This document shows positions 49,745-60,594 of a stretch of 64,000 bases of DNA, piece after piece; positions within the stretch are counted from its first letter, which is position 1; every line of letters begins with the position of its first letter. The stretch comes from an uncultured Pelagibacteraceae bacterium (lineage in GTDB: Bacteria; Pseudomonadota; Alphaproteobacteria; Pelagibacterales; Pelagibacteraceae). The notes beneath the pieces were generated by a model, which made no database searches, was not told the DNA's origin, and was given only the letters and a program-made list of their open reading frames with translations. The translations under genes were made by a program, and so were the position numbers. The stretch lies in NCBI GenBank assembly GCA_902537895.1, contig CACBCU010000001.1, positions 55,087 through 119,086 of the forward strand, in the 5' to 3' direction.

Positions 49745-50208
49745 TAGAGTCAATAGAAGGAAATTTTGATCATCCAGAAGTAAATGAACTTCTTACAAAA
49801 CATTTTAAAGAACTTAGAGCTGCGTCACCAGAAGGGAGTGCTCATGTTCTAGATATACCTGGTCTTAAGGTTTCATCAATAAAATTTTGGAGTTTATGGG
49901 AAAATAGTAAGTTGATGGGATGTGGTGCTCTTAAATTTTTAAGTAAAGACCATGGTGAATTTAAGTCAATAAGAGTCCACGATAACTTTAGAAATAAAGG
50001 AAACGGAATTAAGATTATAAAACATTTAATTAATGAGTCAAAAAATTTAAATATTATAAGAATTAGTATTGAAACAGGTTCTGGAGAATTTTTTGAACCG
50101 GCAAGAAAGTTATTTATAAGTTGTAACTTTCAGCCTTGTGCGCCTTTTGCGCATTATAAAGAGGACGTAAATTCTCTTTATTTTACAAAACTAATTAGCA
50201 ACGATTAA
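49741..50208 (+). CDS. GNAT N-acetyltransferase (YedL/YsnE-like)
   Basis: SPEGSAHVLD, GCGALK, GEFKSIR, ETGS, PFAHYKED. Confidence 0.85.
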   Translation: MIESIEGNFDHPEVNELLTKHFKELRAASPEGSAHVLDIPGLKVSSIKFWSLWENSKLMGCGALKFLSKDHGEFKSIRVHDNFRNKGNGIKIIKHLINESKNLNIIRISIETGSGEFFEPARKLFISCNFQPCAPFAHYKEDVNSLYFTKLISND

Positions 50209-50319
50209 TATTTAAAACTAGTAAGTAGATCAATTTAGTTGACAAAAGACCTAAAATTTTAAAGAAAGGCACAATTACTTAATTATAAGTAATAAATTAA
50301 CATAACAATAAGTAAAAAT

Positions 50320-50526
50320 ATGAGTCTACAAGGTAAAGTAAAATGGTTCAATCCGACCAAAGGTTATGGTTTTATTGAACGAGAAGATAAAGAAAAAGAT
50401 GTATTTGTTCACGTTTCAGCAGTAAGAGATGCTGGTATGAACGGTTTAGATGAGGGTCAAGCTTTGACTTTCGATGTTGAAGATGGTCCTAAAGGTCCTT
50501 CAGCAGTTAACTTAAAAACTGCATAA
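50320..50526 (+). CDS. Cold-shock domain protein
   Basis: GKVKWFN..KGYGFI (RNP1), DVFVHVS (RNP2), [10 protein letters not shown]. Confidence 0.96.
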   Translation: MSLQGKVKWFNPTKGYGFIEREDKEKDVFVHVSAVRDAGMNGLDEGQALTFDVEDGPKGPSAVNLKTA

Positions 50527-50537
50527 TTTTCACAAAT

Positions 50538-50592
50538 TTTATTGGCTGTATTAATCAAATAACCCAAGTATTTCATTTTTATGGCCAATAAA
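50538..50592 (+). terminator. 13-bp stem with 29-nt loop in the csp 3' UTR
   Basis: TTTATTGGCTGTA pairs with TATGGCCAATAAA, using two G-U pairs on the + strand. Confidence 0.55.
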
Positions 50593-50618
50593 CTATTATC
50601 TAAGAGAAGCTATAAGTT

Positions 50619-51365
50619 ATGATTGGTATTCTTGGAGGAATGGGAACACAAGCAGGTCTTGATTTCTGTAATAAACTTGCAGTTTTAAATAGAGGAAAAA
50701 TTGATCAAGATTATCCTTTATTTTTACTTTACAATAAATCTAACATACCCGGACGACCTGAGTCGATTGGAATTCAGACTAGTAGATTAACAAATAGATT
50801 TACAAATTCAAAAAATAAAAAAAAATACAAATTAGTCTTAGACAGTTTGCTTAAGGGTTGCAGATTACTTAAAAAAGATAAATGTAAGTTCATTGTTATT
50901 CCATGTAATACAGCACATTATTGGTATGATGATTTAAAAAAAAAAATAAAATTACCAATAATAAACATGCCAAAAGAAGTTTATATTCATGCAAAAAAGA
51001 CATGTAAAAAAAACTCATCTATAGGTTTACTTGCTACGGAAGGAACCATAATGACAGGTGTATACAATAAATTTTTCAATAGCAGGTATAAAATGATACA
51101 CCCAAATAAATTAATTCAAAAAAATTCTGTGAACCAAGCAATTAAACTCGTTAAAATGGGTAATGTAAAGGCAGCGGCTAAAAGAATTAAACCAGCTATA
51201 AACTTCTTGATTAAAAATAAGTGTAAAAAGATTATTCTCGGTTGTACAGAATTACCCATAGCAATATTTGCTTTTAAATCATTTGATAAAATCAAAAAAT
51301 CAAAAATTTTTTTAGATCCAAATTTAATTTTAGCAAACGCTGCAATGAAGAAATATAGAAAATAA
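50619..51365 (+). CDS. Aspartate/glutamate racemase family
   Basis: IGILGGMG, IPCNTAH, GLLATEGT, ILGCTEL (two catalytic Cys). Confidence 0.9.
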   Translation: MIGILGGMGTQAGLDFCNKLAVLNRGKIDQDYPLFLLYNKSNIPGRPESIGIQTSRLTNRFTNSKNKKKYKLVLDSLLKGCRLLKKDKCKFIVIPCNTAHYWYDDLKKKIKLPIINMPKEVYIHAKKTCKKNSSIGLLATEGTIMTGVYNKFFNSRYKMIHPNKLIQKNSVNQAIKLVKMGNVKAAAKRIKPAINFLIKNKCKKIILGCTELPIAIFAFKSFDKIKKSKIFLDPNLILANAAMKKYRK

Positions 51366-51368
51366 TAA

Positions 51369-51806
51369 ATGCAATCTAGAGACAAGCCGTATGTTTTATT
51401 TGTTGCAGAAGTAATCTATTTAGAAATTTCAGAAATAAAAAAGAAGAACTCTAATTTTTCAAATAAAGAGGCCATAGATACTTTTATTGGTAATGAAACT
51501 TATAAAAATATTAGTAGTGGAAAATTCCATGATGATTGGCTGAAAGAATTAGAAAAAAATAAATTTATCGATTTAAAAACAAATAAAAAAATTCCAGAGG
51601 AAACAATAAGACTATTAAAAATTCAAAAAGATGTGATGGTAAAACAACTTATCCAGTTTCCAGATCTTTATGATACTAAAAATAATTTACCACTTGAGAT
51701 ATCTCAAAGAGCATTTGATCATATTTGGAGAATGTGTGAAAGTTACGAGTTATGGTGCAAAGAAACTGAACAAAATGAATTTATTCAACTAAATATTACT
51801 GATTAA
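51369..51806 (+). CDS. Hypothetical protein
   Basis: 145-aa ORF fitted tightly between neighbours; no recognised motif. Confidence 0.7.
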   Translation: MQSRDKPYVLFVAEVIYLEISEIKKKNSNFSNKEAIDTFIGNETYKNISSGKFHDDWLKELEKNKFIDLKTNKKIPEETIRLLKIQKDVMVKQLIQFPDLYDTKNNLPLEISQRAFDHIWRMCESYELWCKETEQNEFIQLNITD

Positions 51807-51842
51807 TAAACTTTAAATGATAATTAACTCATCAAGTTAAAA

Positions 51843-52691
51843 GTGATTAGAATATATCCTCTTATTTTTATTCTGCTATGGTCTTCGGCATTTATAACCA
51901 CTAAGCCAATTGTAGATAATAGCGACCCTTTTGCAGCATTGGCTTTTAGGTTTTTTTTTGTAGCTCTTGGTTTTTATTTATTTTCTTTTTATTTAAATCA
52001 ATCATTAATTACAAATAAAAGAAAAATAGCAGAGTCTGTTTTAAGTGGTGTGCTTTTTCATGGATTTTATTTAGGTGGAGTTTTTTATTCAATCTCAATT
52101 GGAATGCCAGTAGGAATAGCAGCTTTAATAGTCACTCTTCAACCAGTTTTGACAAACATCTTAAGTGGACCCATCCTTGATGAGAAAATAACTACCCAAC
52201 AATGGATTGGGGTTTTACTGGGTTTCACGGGTGCTTCTTTAGTTTTGGGTTTAGATATAGGTTCTGGTATCCCTTTATTAGGACTTATCGCAACAATCAT
52301 AGCTTTGTTATCAATTACAATATCTACAATTTGGCAGAAAAAGATAAGTAAAAACTTACCTTTATCAGTAAGTAATTTTTATCAGGCATTTGGGGGGTGT
52401 TTGTTTCATGTTCTAATAGTAATTTTCTTTGCTGAACCATATATAAATTTTACCAAGGTTTTTATCATTGCAATGAGCCATCAAGTGCTGCTTGTCTCTT
52501 TTGGTGCTTTTACAATTTTGATGATTTTAATTAAAAAAAATTCTGCAAGCAAAACTGTTTCAATATTTTTTTTGATTCCATCTACCTCTGCTTTGATGGC
52601 ATGGTTTTTTTTAAATGAAAAATTAACAAACTTAGATATTGTTGGTTTTATTGTAACATCAATTGGAGTTTATATTGCTACCAGAGACTGA
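51843..52691 (+). CDS. DMT/EamA family transporter
   Basis: FILLWSSAF, AALIVTLQPVLT; about 10 TM helices. Confidence 0.88.
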   Translation: MIRIYPLIFILLWSSAFITTKPIVDNSDPFAALAFRFFFVALGFYLFSFYLNQSLITNKRKIAESVLSGVLFHGFYLGGVFYSISIGMPVGIAALIVTLQPVLTNILSGPILDEKITTQQWIGVLLGFTGASLVLGLDIGSGIPLLGLIATIIALLSITISTIWQKKISKNLPLSVSNFYQAFGGCLFHVLIVIFFAEPYINFTKVFIIAMSHQVLLVSFGAFTILMILIKKNSASKTVSIFFLIPSTSALMAWFFLNEKLTNLDIVGFIVTSIGVYIATRD

Positions 52692-52755
52692 AACTATTAT
52701 ATATTTTCAAAATTAATAAAAGGATATATTAATCGATAAATTTAAATTTAATGTA

Positions 52756-54441
52756 ATGGCTAAAATAAAATCAGATATAGAAATAGCTAGAAAGGCTAAA
52801 ATGAAACCGATAGGTAAAATTTTAGCAAAGATTAAAGTTCCAGATGAAAGTAGTGCTTTCAGTCCAATGGGTAGACATATAGCAAAGATTAATTTCGAAT
52901 TTTTAGATAAATTAAAGAAAAAAAAAGATGGTAAATTAATTTTAGTCACCGCAATAACACCCACTCCAGCTGGTGAAGGAAAAACAACGACTTCGGTTGG
53001 TCTAAGTGATGGTTTGAATAAAATTGGTAAAAAATCTATTGTCTGTTTGAGAGAACCTAGTCTAGGTCCATCTTTTGGAATGAAAGGCGGTGCTGCAGGG
53101 GGCGGTTATGCCCAAGTTGTTCCAATGGAACAAATAAATTTACATTTTACAGGTGATTTCCATGCCATTACTTCAGCACATAATTTACTTTCAGCAATGA
53201 TAGATAACCATATTTATTGGGGGAACAAACTAAATATTGATGAAAACAAAATAGTTTGGAAGCGTGTGATGGATATGAATGATCGCGCTCTTAGATTTAT
53301 TGACATTAATACTAGTGGGGTTGCTAAAGATTTCAAAAGAGTTGACGGTTTCGATATAACAGTCGCATCAGAAGTAATGGCAATTTTTTGTCTCTCTAAT
53401 GATTTAAAAGATTTAGAAAAAAGAATTGGTAATATTACTTTTGCATATGACAAAAATGGAAAGCCACTTTATGCTAGAGATATAAATGCTCATGGTCCCA
53501 TGACGGTTTTACTTAAAGAAGCCATCAGACCAAATGTAACTCAAACTTTAGAAAATAATCCAGCAATTATTCATGGAGGTCCATTTGCAAATATTGCTCA
53601 CGGATGTAATTCAGTGATTGCAACGAAAACCGCTTTAAAATTATCTGATTATGTAGTTACTGAAGCAGGATTTGGTGCAGATCTTGGTGCAGAAAAATTT
53701 TTAAATATCAAGTGTAGAAAAGCAGGCCTGACTCCAAGCTGTGTGGTAATAGTTGCAACAATAAGAGCATTAAAGATGCATGGAGGTGTTGAAAAAGAAA
53801 ACCTAAAAAAAGAGGATATTGATGCCTTGGAGAAAGGACTAGTTAATCTAGAAAGACACATATCAAACATTAAAAAATTTGGTTTAGAGCCAATTGTAGC
53901 AATAAATCATTTCGCACTTGATACTAAAGAAGAGGTGAATACTGTTTTAAATTTTTGTAAAAAAAATAAAGTAGAGGTCAGTGAATGTAAACATTGGGCT
54001 ACAGGTGGAAATGGCACGAAAGACCTTGCAAAAAAGGTTGTTAAAGTTTGCAAAAATAAGAAAAATAAATTTAAATTTTTATATAATAATAATCTTAAAC
54101 TTTGGGATAAAATTGAGTTGATTGCTAAACAAATCTATAAAGCTGACAAAATAACAGCTGATGAAAAAGTTAAAGAACAATTAAAAGTTTTTGAAAATAA
54201 TGGTCATGGAAATTTACCAGTTTGTATTGCAAAAACTCAATTTAGTTTTTCAACAGATCCAAAGCTTAAGGGTGCTCCATCAAATCATGAAATACCAATA
54301 AGAGAAGTGAGATTATCATCGGGAGCAGAATTCGTGGTGGTTGTTTGTGGTTCAATAATGACAATGCCAGGATTACCAAGAGTACCAGCAGCTGATACTA
54401 TTAAGTTAAATAAAAAAGGCCAAATTGAGGGATTATTTTAA
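52756..54441 (+). CDS. fhs: Formate-tetrahydrofolate ligase
   Basis: [58 protein letters not shown]. Confidence 0.97.
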   Translation: MAKIKSDIEIARKAKMKPIGKILAKIKVPDESSAFSPMGRHIAKINFEFLDKLKKKKDGKLILVTAITPTPAGEGKTTTSVGLSDGLNKIGKKSIVCLREPSLGPSFGMKGGAAGGGYAQVVPMEQINLHFTGDFHAITSAHNLLSAMIDNHIYWGNKLNIDENKIVWKRVMDMNDRALRFIDINTSGVAKDFKRVDGFDITVASEVMAIFCLSNDLKDLEKRIGNITFAYDKNGKPLYARDINAHGPMTVLLKEAIRPNVTQTLENNPAIIHGGPFANIAHGCNSVIATKTALKLSDYVVTEAGFGADLGAEKFLNIKCRKAGLTPSCVVIVATIRALKMHGGVEKENLKKEDIDALEKGLVNLERHISNIKKFGLEPIVAINHFALDTKEEVNTVLNFCKKNKVEVSECKHWATGGNGTKDLAKKVVKVCKNKKNKFKFLYNNNLKLWDKIELIAKQIYKADKITADEKVKEQLKVFENNGHGNLPVCIAKTQFSFSTDPKLKGAPSNHEIPIREVRLSSGAEFVVVVCGSIMTMPGLPRVPAADTIKLNKKGQIEGLF

Positions 54442-55226
54442 TTTAACTCTTTAAGCCAATTTTTAAGCTCCAGCATCTTTTTTTCTTTAACGGTAATTTG
54501 AATTTCTTTTTCAATAAAAGAGATATGCTTTTCAAGATCATTCTCATTTTCAAATACTTTTCTATCTTCAATTAATCTTTTTCTTCTAAAATTAATTAGA
54601 CTTATCATTTTTTCATAAGTTATTTCAGGATGATATTGCAGACCCCATACTCTAGTTTCATTTACTTCAAAATATAAACCTTGGACTTTATTAACTTTAT
54701 TAGACGCTAGACAAACACCGTTTTCAGGAATTTTTACTACTTCATCATAGTTAAAAGCTGCAGAATTAAATTTTTTTTCTTTATCTTTGTATAGTGGATG
54801 CTTTAAGCCCTCTTCATTTAACTCGATTTCTTTTGCAATCCCAACATGAGATACATTTGCTTTTTTAACTTGACCACCAGCAGCAGTTACAGCTACTTGC
54901 ATGCCCCAGCAAATCCCTAAAATATTTTTAACCTTTTTTTGACAATTTTTCATAAATTCAATTTGTCTTTTTATTTCTGGAGTATCGTTATAAATATTCA
55001 AACTGCTTCCTCCCCAGATTAAACCATCATAAATGTGCAACTTATCGTTGAAACTATCAATATTTTTATCTGACGATGGATTAACTATATCTAGCATTAT
55101 CTCTTTCGATAAATAATCTAAACTTTCTTTTAAACTTTGGGTGTGAGTTTGGATACCAGCCTTAATAAAAGTATTATTTTCCTCCTCTAAATTTCCCTCA
55201 ACTATTAAAATTTTTTTCATAATCAT
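54438..55226 (-). CDS. Type 1 glutamine amidotransferase-like protein
   Basis: LGICWGMQ nucleophile elbow; GLQYHPE His-Glu. Confidence 0.88.
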   Translation of the reverse strand: MIMKKILIVEGNLEEENNTFIKAGIQTHTQSLKESLDYLSKEIMLDIVNPSSDKNIDSFNDKLHIYDGLIWGGSSLNIYNDTPEIKRQIEFMKNCQKKVKNILGICWGMQVAVTAAGGQVKKANVSHVGIAKEIELNEEGLKHPLYKDKEKKFNSAAFNYDEVVKIPENGVCLASNKVNKVQGLYFEVNETRVWGLQYHPEITYEKMISLINFRRKRLIEDRKVFENENDLEKHISFIEKEIQITVKEKKMLELKNWLKELN

Positions 55227-55354
55227 AATCTAGTTTATCTTCAAACTTTATAATTAGTTGATATGCAATCATAATCATCAAAGTTAAGACGAAAAATTTT
55301 CTTCAATCAAAAGTTGTATAATTTTGCATTACTAGGAGAGTTATATTTTTTTAA

Positions 55355-55373
55355 ATTTATAATGATTATCAAT
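55355..55373. promoter_or_regulatory. Possible Fur-like box upstream of the Liv-type ABC operon
   Basis: ATTTATAATGATTATCAAT is 18/19 identical to the box at 31430-31448. Confidence 0.4.
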
Positions 55374-55448
55374 TGCAGAAACCTTAGCTATGTGGTTAGA
55401 TTATAGCTTATTATAATGTTTAACATAACTAAACAAAAGGGAGGAATA

Positions 55449-56789
55449 ATGTTAGCAAAAATGATTAAAAAGCTAACCTCTACTCTAACAGTAGTTATAG
55501 CTTTAATTTCTTCACTTGGTTTACCTCAAAATGTATTTGCGGCGGAGACACAGTATTTTCCTGTAGCAAGTAGCCGTGTCGGACCATACTCAGCAATGGG
55601 AACTGGTTACTACGGTGCTCAGATTGATTACATGAACTATGTAAACATGACAGGTGGGGTGAATGGAGTAATGCTTACATGGCAAGAATGTGAGACTGAG
55701 TATAACGCTGTTAAAACAGTTGAGTGTTATCAGAGACTTTTAGAAAAAGACGGACAAAGAATAGTAGTGTTCGATACTTTAGGAACACCAGGAGCATACG
55801 CAGTAATTAACCGTATGGCAAAAGACAATGTTGTTTTAGCTCAATATGGTTATGGAAGAACTGATGGTGCTGATGGAAGAGTTTGGCCTTGGGTATTTAA
55901 TGCTGCAAGTCACTATTGGTCACAAATAGCTGTTAAACTTAAGTTTATGGCTAAGATCGAAGGCGGAATCGATAAGATGAAAGGTAAAAAAATCGTTCAC
56001 TTACACATTGACTCTGCTTACGGTAGAGAGCCATTACCAGCAATGAGAAAAATTTGTAATGACTGGGGAGTTAAATTGATTGAGATATCAATTCCACCTC
56101 CAGGTCTTGAACAACAATCTCAGTGGCTGCAAATCAGAAAAGAAAAACCTGATTGGGTTACTTTCTGGGGGGCAGGTTCTGGAATGAATTCAACAGCAAT
56201 GACTAATGCTGCTAGAATTAATTTCCCAAGAGATAGAATGATGTATGTAACATTCGGCGCTGCCGAAGAGGATATGTATCCAGCAGGTGATGCAGCTAAG
56301 GGAACTTATGCTGTTGCAAATGCTTTACCTGGAGAATATCCATTGGTTAAAGACATCAAAGACAAAGTATATGGTGCTGGAAAAGGTAACTTAGCTGATC
56401 CAAATAGGATTGGTTCAGTTTACTGGAATAGAGGACTAGGTGCTGCAGTTATGTGGATTGAGGCATTAAGAAATGCTCAAAAAATGCATAACAAAGTTGG
56501 TAAAGCAGTAAATGGTGCTGAGTTTAGAGATGGTTATGAAAATTTAAACATGACTGAAGCTAGACTTACTGAACTTGGAGTTGGAGGAATGTTAGCTCCG
56601 TTTGCTATTTCATGTGCAAACCATGAAGGTGCCGGTAAATTTGCTGTAATGCAGTGGGATGGAACAAAATTCAATCAGGTAACTGGTTGGGAGGCTCCAG
56701 GCGATCCTGCATTTATTAGAGGTCTAGTTGAAGACTCTGCAGCGAAATTTGCTAAAGAGAACAACATTACACCGAAAAAATGCGGATAA
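55449..56789 (+). CDS. Liv/HAAT-type ABC transporter substrate-binding protein
   Basis: Signal peptide; GGVNGV..ECETEY..VECYQRL, GYGRTD..DGRVWPW, DSAYGREP; RBS GGGAGG favours ATG 55449. Confidence 0.88.
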   Translation: MLAKMIKKLTSTLTVVIALISSLGLPQNVFAAETQYFPVASSRVGPYSAMGTGYYGAQIDYMNYVNMTGGVNGVMLTWQECETEYNAVKTVECYQRLLEKDGQRIVVFDTLGTPGAYAVINRMAKDNVVLAQYGYGRTDGADGRVWPWVFNAASHYWSQIAVKLKFMAKIEGGIDKMKGKKIVHLHIDSAYGREPLPAMRKICNDWGVKLIEISIPPPGLEQQSQWLQIRKEKPDWVTFWGAGSGMNSTAMTNAARINFPRDRMMYVTFGAAEEDMYPAGDAAKGTYAVANALPGEYPLVKDIKDKVYGAGKGNLADPNRIGSVYWNRGLGAAVMWIEALRNAQKMHNKVGKAVNGAEFRDGYENLNMTEARLTELGVGGMLAPFAISCANHEGAGKFAVMQWDGTKFNQVTGWEAPGDPAFIRGLVEDSAAKFAKENNITPKKCG

Positions 56790-56819
56790 TTAATTTAGAG
56801 ATAAATTAATATCTGTTGG

Positions 56820-56862
56820 AGGGGGAGTCTAAATAATCGAATTATTTTAAACTCCCCCTTTA
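56820..56862 (+). terminator. Intercistronic stem-loop after the SBP gene
   Basis: AGGGGGAGT..AAATAAT-CGA-ATTATTT..ACTCCCCCT followed by T. Confidence 0.75.
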
Positions 56863-56896
56863 AATAAAATTTAATTTAATATAAAAAGAAAGTTTA

Positions 56897-57715
56897 ATGA
56901 GTAATACTTCAACTAACATTCTTGATATAAAAAATATTGAAGTAATGTATGATAATGTCATCTTAGCTTTACACGATGTATCTCTAAAAGTTCCTAAAGG
57001 AAAAGTAGTTGCATTATTAGGAGCAAACGGTGCAGGTAAAAGCACTACACTAAAAGCAGTTTCAACTATGTTAGCTTCAGAAAGAGGTAAAGTTACAAAA
57101 GGTTCAATAAATTATGATGGTACTTCGATTGACAAACAAAACCCTTCGCAAATGGTTGGGCTTGGAATGGTCCAAGTATTAGAAGGCAGAAGATGTTTTG
57201 GTCACCTTACTGTTGAAGAAAATATAATTTCAGGAGCATATTCAAGAAAATTGTCTAAAGGTGATATCAATCAAGAATTAGAAAAAATTTACACTTATTT
57301 TATAAGACTTAAAGAAAGAAGAAAAAGTCAAGCAGCATTCACCTCGGGTGGAGAGCAACAAATGATAGCAGTTGCAAGAGCAATGATGGCAAAACCTAAA
57401 ATGCTACTATTAGATGAACCTACAATGGGTTTAGCGCCACAATTAGTGGCTGAGATCTTTAATATTGTAAAAGAATTAAACACCAAAGAAGGAGTTAGTA
57501 TTTTACTTGCTGAACAAAATACCAACGTTGCACTTAAAAATTCAGATTATGGTTATATTATTGAAACAGGAAGAGTTATGTTAGATGGGACAGCTAAAAG
57601 TTTATTGAGTAATGATCAGGTAAAAGAGTTATATTTAGGTATTTCAAAGAAAGGTAGAAAAAATTTCAGAGACGTACTTAAAGAAGAAAGTTTAACAAAG
57701 AAAAAAATTAATTAA
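56897..57715 (+). CDS. HAAT ABC ATPase (LivF-like)
   Basis: GANGAGKST, SGGEQQM, LLDEPTMGLAP, LAEQN. Confidence 0.9.
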   Translation: MSNTSTNILDIKNIEVMYDNVILALHDVSLKVPKGKVVALLGANGAGKSTTLKAVSTMLASERGKVTKGSINYDGTSIDKQNPSQMVGLGMVQVLEGRRCFGHLTVEENIISGAYSRKLSKGDINQELEKIYTYFIRLKERRKSQAAFTSGGEQQMIAVARAMMAKPKMLLLDEPTMGLAPQLVAEIFNIVKELNTKEGVSILLAEQNTNVALKNSDYGYIIETGRVMLDGTAKSLLSNDQVKELYLGISKKGRKNFRDVLKEESLTKKKIN

Positions 57716-57717
57716 AA

Positions 57718-58512
57718 ATGGCACAAGAGAGAAAATTTAAAATAGGTAAACCAATATTAGAGGTAAATAATATCTCACTCTCTTTTGGTGGTGTTAAGGC
57801 AATAACAGATACCTCTTTCAATGTACTTGAGCACGAAGTTAGAGCAATCATTGGACCTAATGGAGCTGGAAAAAGCTCAATGTTAAATTGCATTAATGGA
57901 ATTTATAAACCTCAACAAGGAACTGTTTCGTTTAGGGGACAACAAATACCGAATATAACACCAAATATTATGGCTCAAATGGGTTTATCTAGAACTTTTC
58001 AAAACTTAGCTCTTTTTAAAAGAATGTCAGTTTTAGATAACATTTTAGTTGGCAGAAAACTTCACACAAAAACCAATTTTCTTGAAGTTGCATTTCAACT
58101 ACCTAAAGTTAAAAAAGAAGAAAAGATTAATAGAGATAGATCTGAAGAAATAATTAGTTTTTTAGAGATTGAAGATATTAAAGATACACCAGTTGGGAAA
58201 CTTCCATACGGATTACAAAAGAAAGTAGAATTAGGTCGTGCTCTTGCAACAGACTCATCTGTAATTTTATTAGATGAACCTATGGCTGGTATGAATGTTG
58301 AAGAGAAAAGAGATATGTGTAGATTTATATTAAAAGTAAATGACGAACTTGGCACAACTATGGTTCTTATTGAGCATGACATGGGTGTAGTAATGGATAT
58401 ATCAGATAGAGTTGTAGTACTTGATTATGGTAAAGTTATTGGCGATGGTACGCCTGATGAAGTAAGATCAAATCAAAAAGTAATAGACGCTTATTTAGGA
58501 GTAGAACACTAG
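57718..58512 (+). CDS. HAAT ABC ATPase (LivG-like)
   Basis: FGGVKA, GPNGAGKS, RTFQN, LPYGLQK, IEHDMG, AYLG. Confidence 0.9.
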   Translation: MAQERKFKIGKPILEVNNISLSFGGVKAITDTSFNVLEHEVRAIIGPNGAGKSSMLNCINGIYKPQQGTVSFRGQQIPNITPNIMAQMGLSRTFQNLALFKRMSVLDNILVGRKLHTKTNFLEVAFQLPKVKKEEKINRDRSEEIISFLEIEDIKDTPVGKLPYGLQKKVELGRALATDSSVILLDEPMAGMNVEEKRDMCRFILKVNDELGTTMVLIEHDMGVVMDISDRVVVLDYGKVIGDGTPDEVRSNQKVIDAYLGVEH

Positions 58513-58521
58513 GATAAATAT

Positions 58522-59430
58522 ATGGTTGATGAATTATTATTTTTTATGGAAGTTTTAGTTGGTGGTTTGCTTGCTGGAACTATGTATTCATTAGTAGCAT
58601 TAGGATTTGTTCTAATTTTTAAGGCTTCAGCAACATTTAACTTCTCACAAGGAGCTATGGTTTTTTTCTCAGTGCTTGCTTTTTGTGGTTTCATGCAAGA
58701 TTTTAACATACCTTTTGTACTTGCCTTTATTTTAGCTGCTCTTCTAATGGTAGTAGTTGGTTTGTGTACCGAAAGATTTGTTTTAAGACCTCTCATGAAT
58801 GCCAGTGAGGACACGGTGCTAATGGCCACAATTGGTCTAGGATATGTTTTAGAAGGCTTGGCTCAAGCAGCATGGGGAGTAGAAGTAAGAAGATTAGATT
58901 TAGGTATAGGAGATTTTCCAGTACCGTGGATCGCTGATAACTTAAAATTATTCATTAGTGCTCTTGATATTACTGCGGGAGTTGTAGCTGCTATTATGAT
59001 TATTGGTTTATTCCTTCTGTTTAAATACACAAAAATTGGTCTTGGTTTGAGAGCTGTTGCAGATGATGCAGGTGCCGCTAGTTCAATAGGAATTCCTTTA
59101 AAACACATTATGTTACTAGTTTGGTCTGCTGCTGGAGTTGTGGCATTAGTTGCAGGATGTATGTGGGGTGCAAGAGCTGGTGTTCAATTTGCCCTAGTTG
59201 ACTTAGCTCTAAAAGCTTTACCAGTTTTAATTATAGGTGGTTTCTCATCTATTCCAGGTGCAATTATTGGTGGCTTGATCATTGGTGCAGTAGAGAAAGT
59301 CTTAGAAGTATACATTGGACCGTTTTTTGGAGGCGCAATTGAAGGTTGGGCTCCTTACGTTTTAGCGATATTCTTTTTATTATATAGACCGGAAGGTTTA
59401 TTTGGAGAAAAAATTATTAGGAGAGTTTAA
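58522..59430 (+). CDS. HAAT ABC permease (LivH-like)
   Basis: YSLVALGFVLIFK..FNFSQG, TKIGLGLRAVADD, RPEGLFG. Confidence 0.9.
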   Translation: MVDELLFFMEVLVGGLLAGTMYSLVALGFVLIFKASATFNFSQGAMVFFSVLAFCGFMQDFNIPFVLAFILAALLMVVVGLCTERFVLRPLMNASEDTVLMATIGLGYVLEGLAQAAWGVEVRRLDLGIGDFPVPWIADNLKLFISALDITAGVVAAIMIIGLFLLFKYTKIGLGLRAVADDAGAASSIGIPLKHIMLLVWSAAGVVALVAGCMWGARAGVQFALVDLALKALPVLIIGGFSSIPGAIIGGLIIGAVEKVLEVYIGPFFGGAIEGWAPYVLAIFFLLYRPEGLFGEKIIRRV

Positions 59431-59433
59431 TTT

Positions 59434-60507
59434 ATGATGAAACCAGTATTTATGACTTATACAAAAAAAGACCTAATTAACTTAGCTGTTTGTATGGTTC
59501 TGAGTGTATTAGTAATTCCATCATTTATCACAACAGAATATTGGTACACTTCCATATTGATACCTTGGCTTTGCTTAGCTTTAGCTACAATTGGACAGCA
59601 AATAGTTATGGGTTACACAGGACAATTAGCTTTAGGTGCTGCTGGCTTCATGGCTGCAGGGGCCTTTGCAATGTTTAACCTTATTTTACGAGTGCCTGAT
59701 TTAGGTTTCGTCGGTTCACTAATAGTGTCAGGTTTGATTGCTGCCGCTTTTGGAATTTTATTTGGTTTACCAAGTCTAAAAGTAAGAGGAATTTATCTGA
59801 TGGTAGCAACATTGGCCTCACAGTTTTTTATTATATGGATGATAGATAAATTTGGTTGGTTTAAAAACTACGACTCATCGGGAATTATAACTGCACAAGA
59901 CATAGTTATCTTAGGAAAGCCATTTACAACTCCATTAGCTATGTATTTTGTGTGTTTAGCTGTTACCACGATTTTAACTTTGCTAGCGATGAATATGGCT
60001 AGAGGTAGTACGGGTAGGAATTGGATGGCAGTTAGAGATATGGATATAGCTGCGGAGTCGATGGGAGTTTCATTATTAAGAACAAAAGTACAGGCCTTCG
60101 CAATTAGTGCGTTTTATTGTGGGGTTGCTGGTGCACTTTTTGCATTTTGTTATTTAAAATCTTTAGAACCAGTTGCTTTTGATATTAAACTTTCTTTTAA
60201 AATATTATTTATGTGTATTTTAGGTGGACTTGGTACAATAAATGGTGCTTTCATAGGAGCAGCATTTATTTTGCTTTTCCCAGTTCTTCTGAACGCAATT
60301 GGTAATAATGTTTTTCATGGTGCTATTGACGCTACAATAATATCTTCAATCGAGCAGGTAATATTTGGTGGGTTGATGATTATCTTTATGATTTATGAAC
60401 CTTTGGGAATGGCAAAATTATGGGAAAACATAAAGCAAAAATGGAAGACAAAATACCCAAATATGAACATTAAAAATTTAACTTCTTCAATTGGTAAAAA
60501 ATCTTAA
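59434..60507 (+). CDS. HAAT ABC permease (LivM-like)
   Basis: GYTGQLALG, GLPSLKVRGIYL, GRNWMAVRD, ILGGLG. Confidence 0.9.
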   Translation: MMKPVFMTYTKKDLINLAVCMVLSVLVIPSFITTEYWYTSILIPWLCLALATIGQQIVMGYTGQLALGAAGFMAAGAFAMFNLILRVPDLGFVGSLIVSGLIAAAFGILFGLPSLKVRGIYLMVATLASQFFIIWMIDKFGWFKNYDSSGIITAQDIVILGKPFTTPLAMYFVCLAVTTILTLLAMNMARGSTGRNWMAVRDMDIAAESMGVSLLRTKVQAFAISAFYCGVAGALFAFCYLKSLEPVAFDIKLSFKILFMCILGGLGTINGAFIGAAFILLFPVLLNAIGNNVFHGAIDATIISSIEQVIFGGLMIIFMIYEPLGMAKLWENIKQKWKTKYPNMNIKNLTSSIGKKS

Positions 60508-60510
60508 TAA

Positions 60511-60594
60511 GTGGATAAAAAAAAACTAATTTTTGCATTATTGGTTGGTATAATTATAGGATTGCTTGTAGAAAATAATTTTCTAATTGGTTAG
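60511..60594 (+). CDS. 27-aa single-TM microprotein (not in ORF track)
   Basis: GTG 3 nt after the permease stop; MDKKKLIFALLVGIIIGLLVENNFLIG*. Confidence 0.35.
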   Translation: MDKKKLIFALLVGIIIGLLVENNFLIG

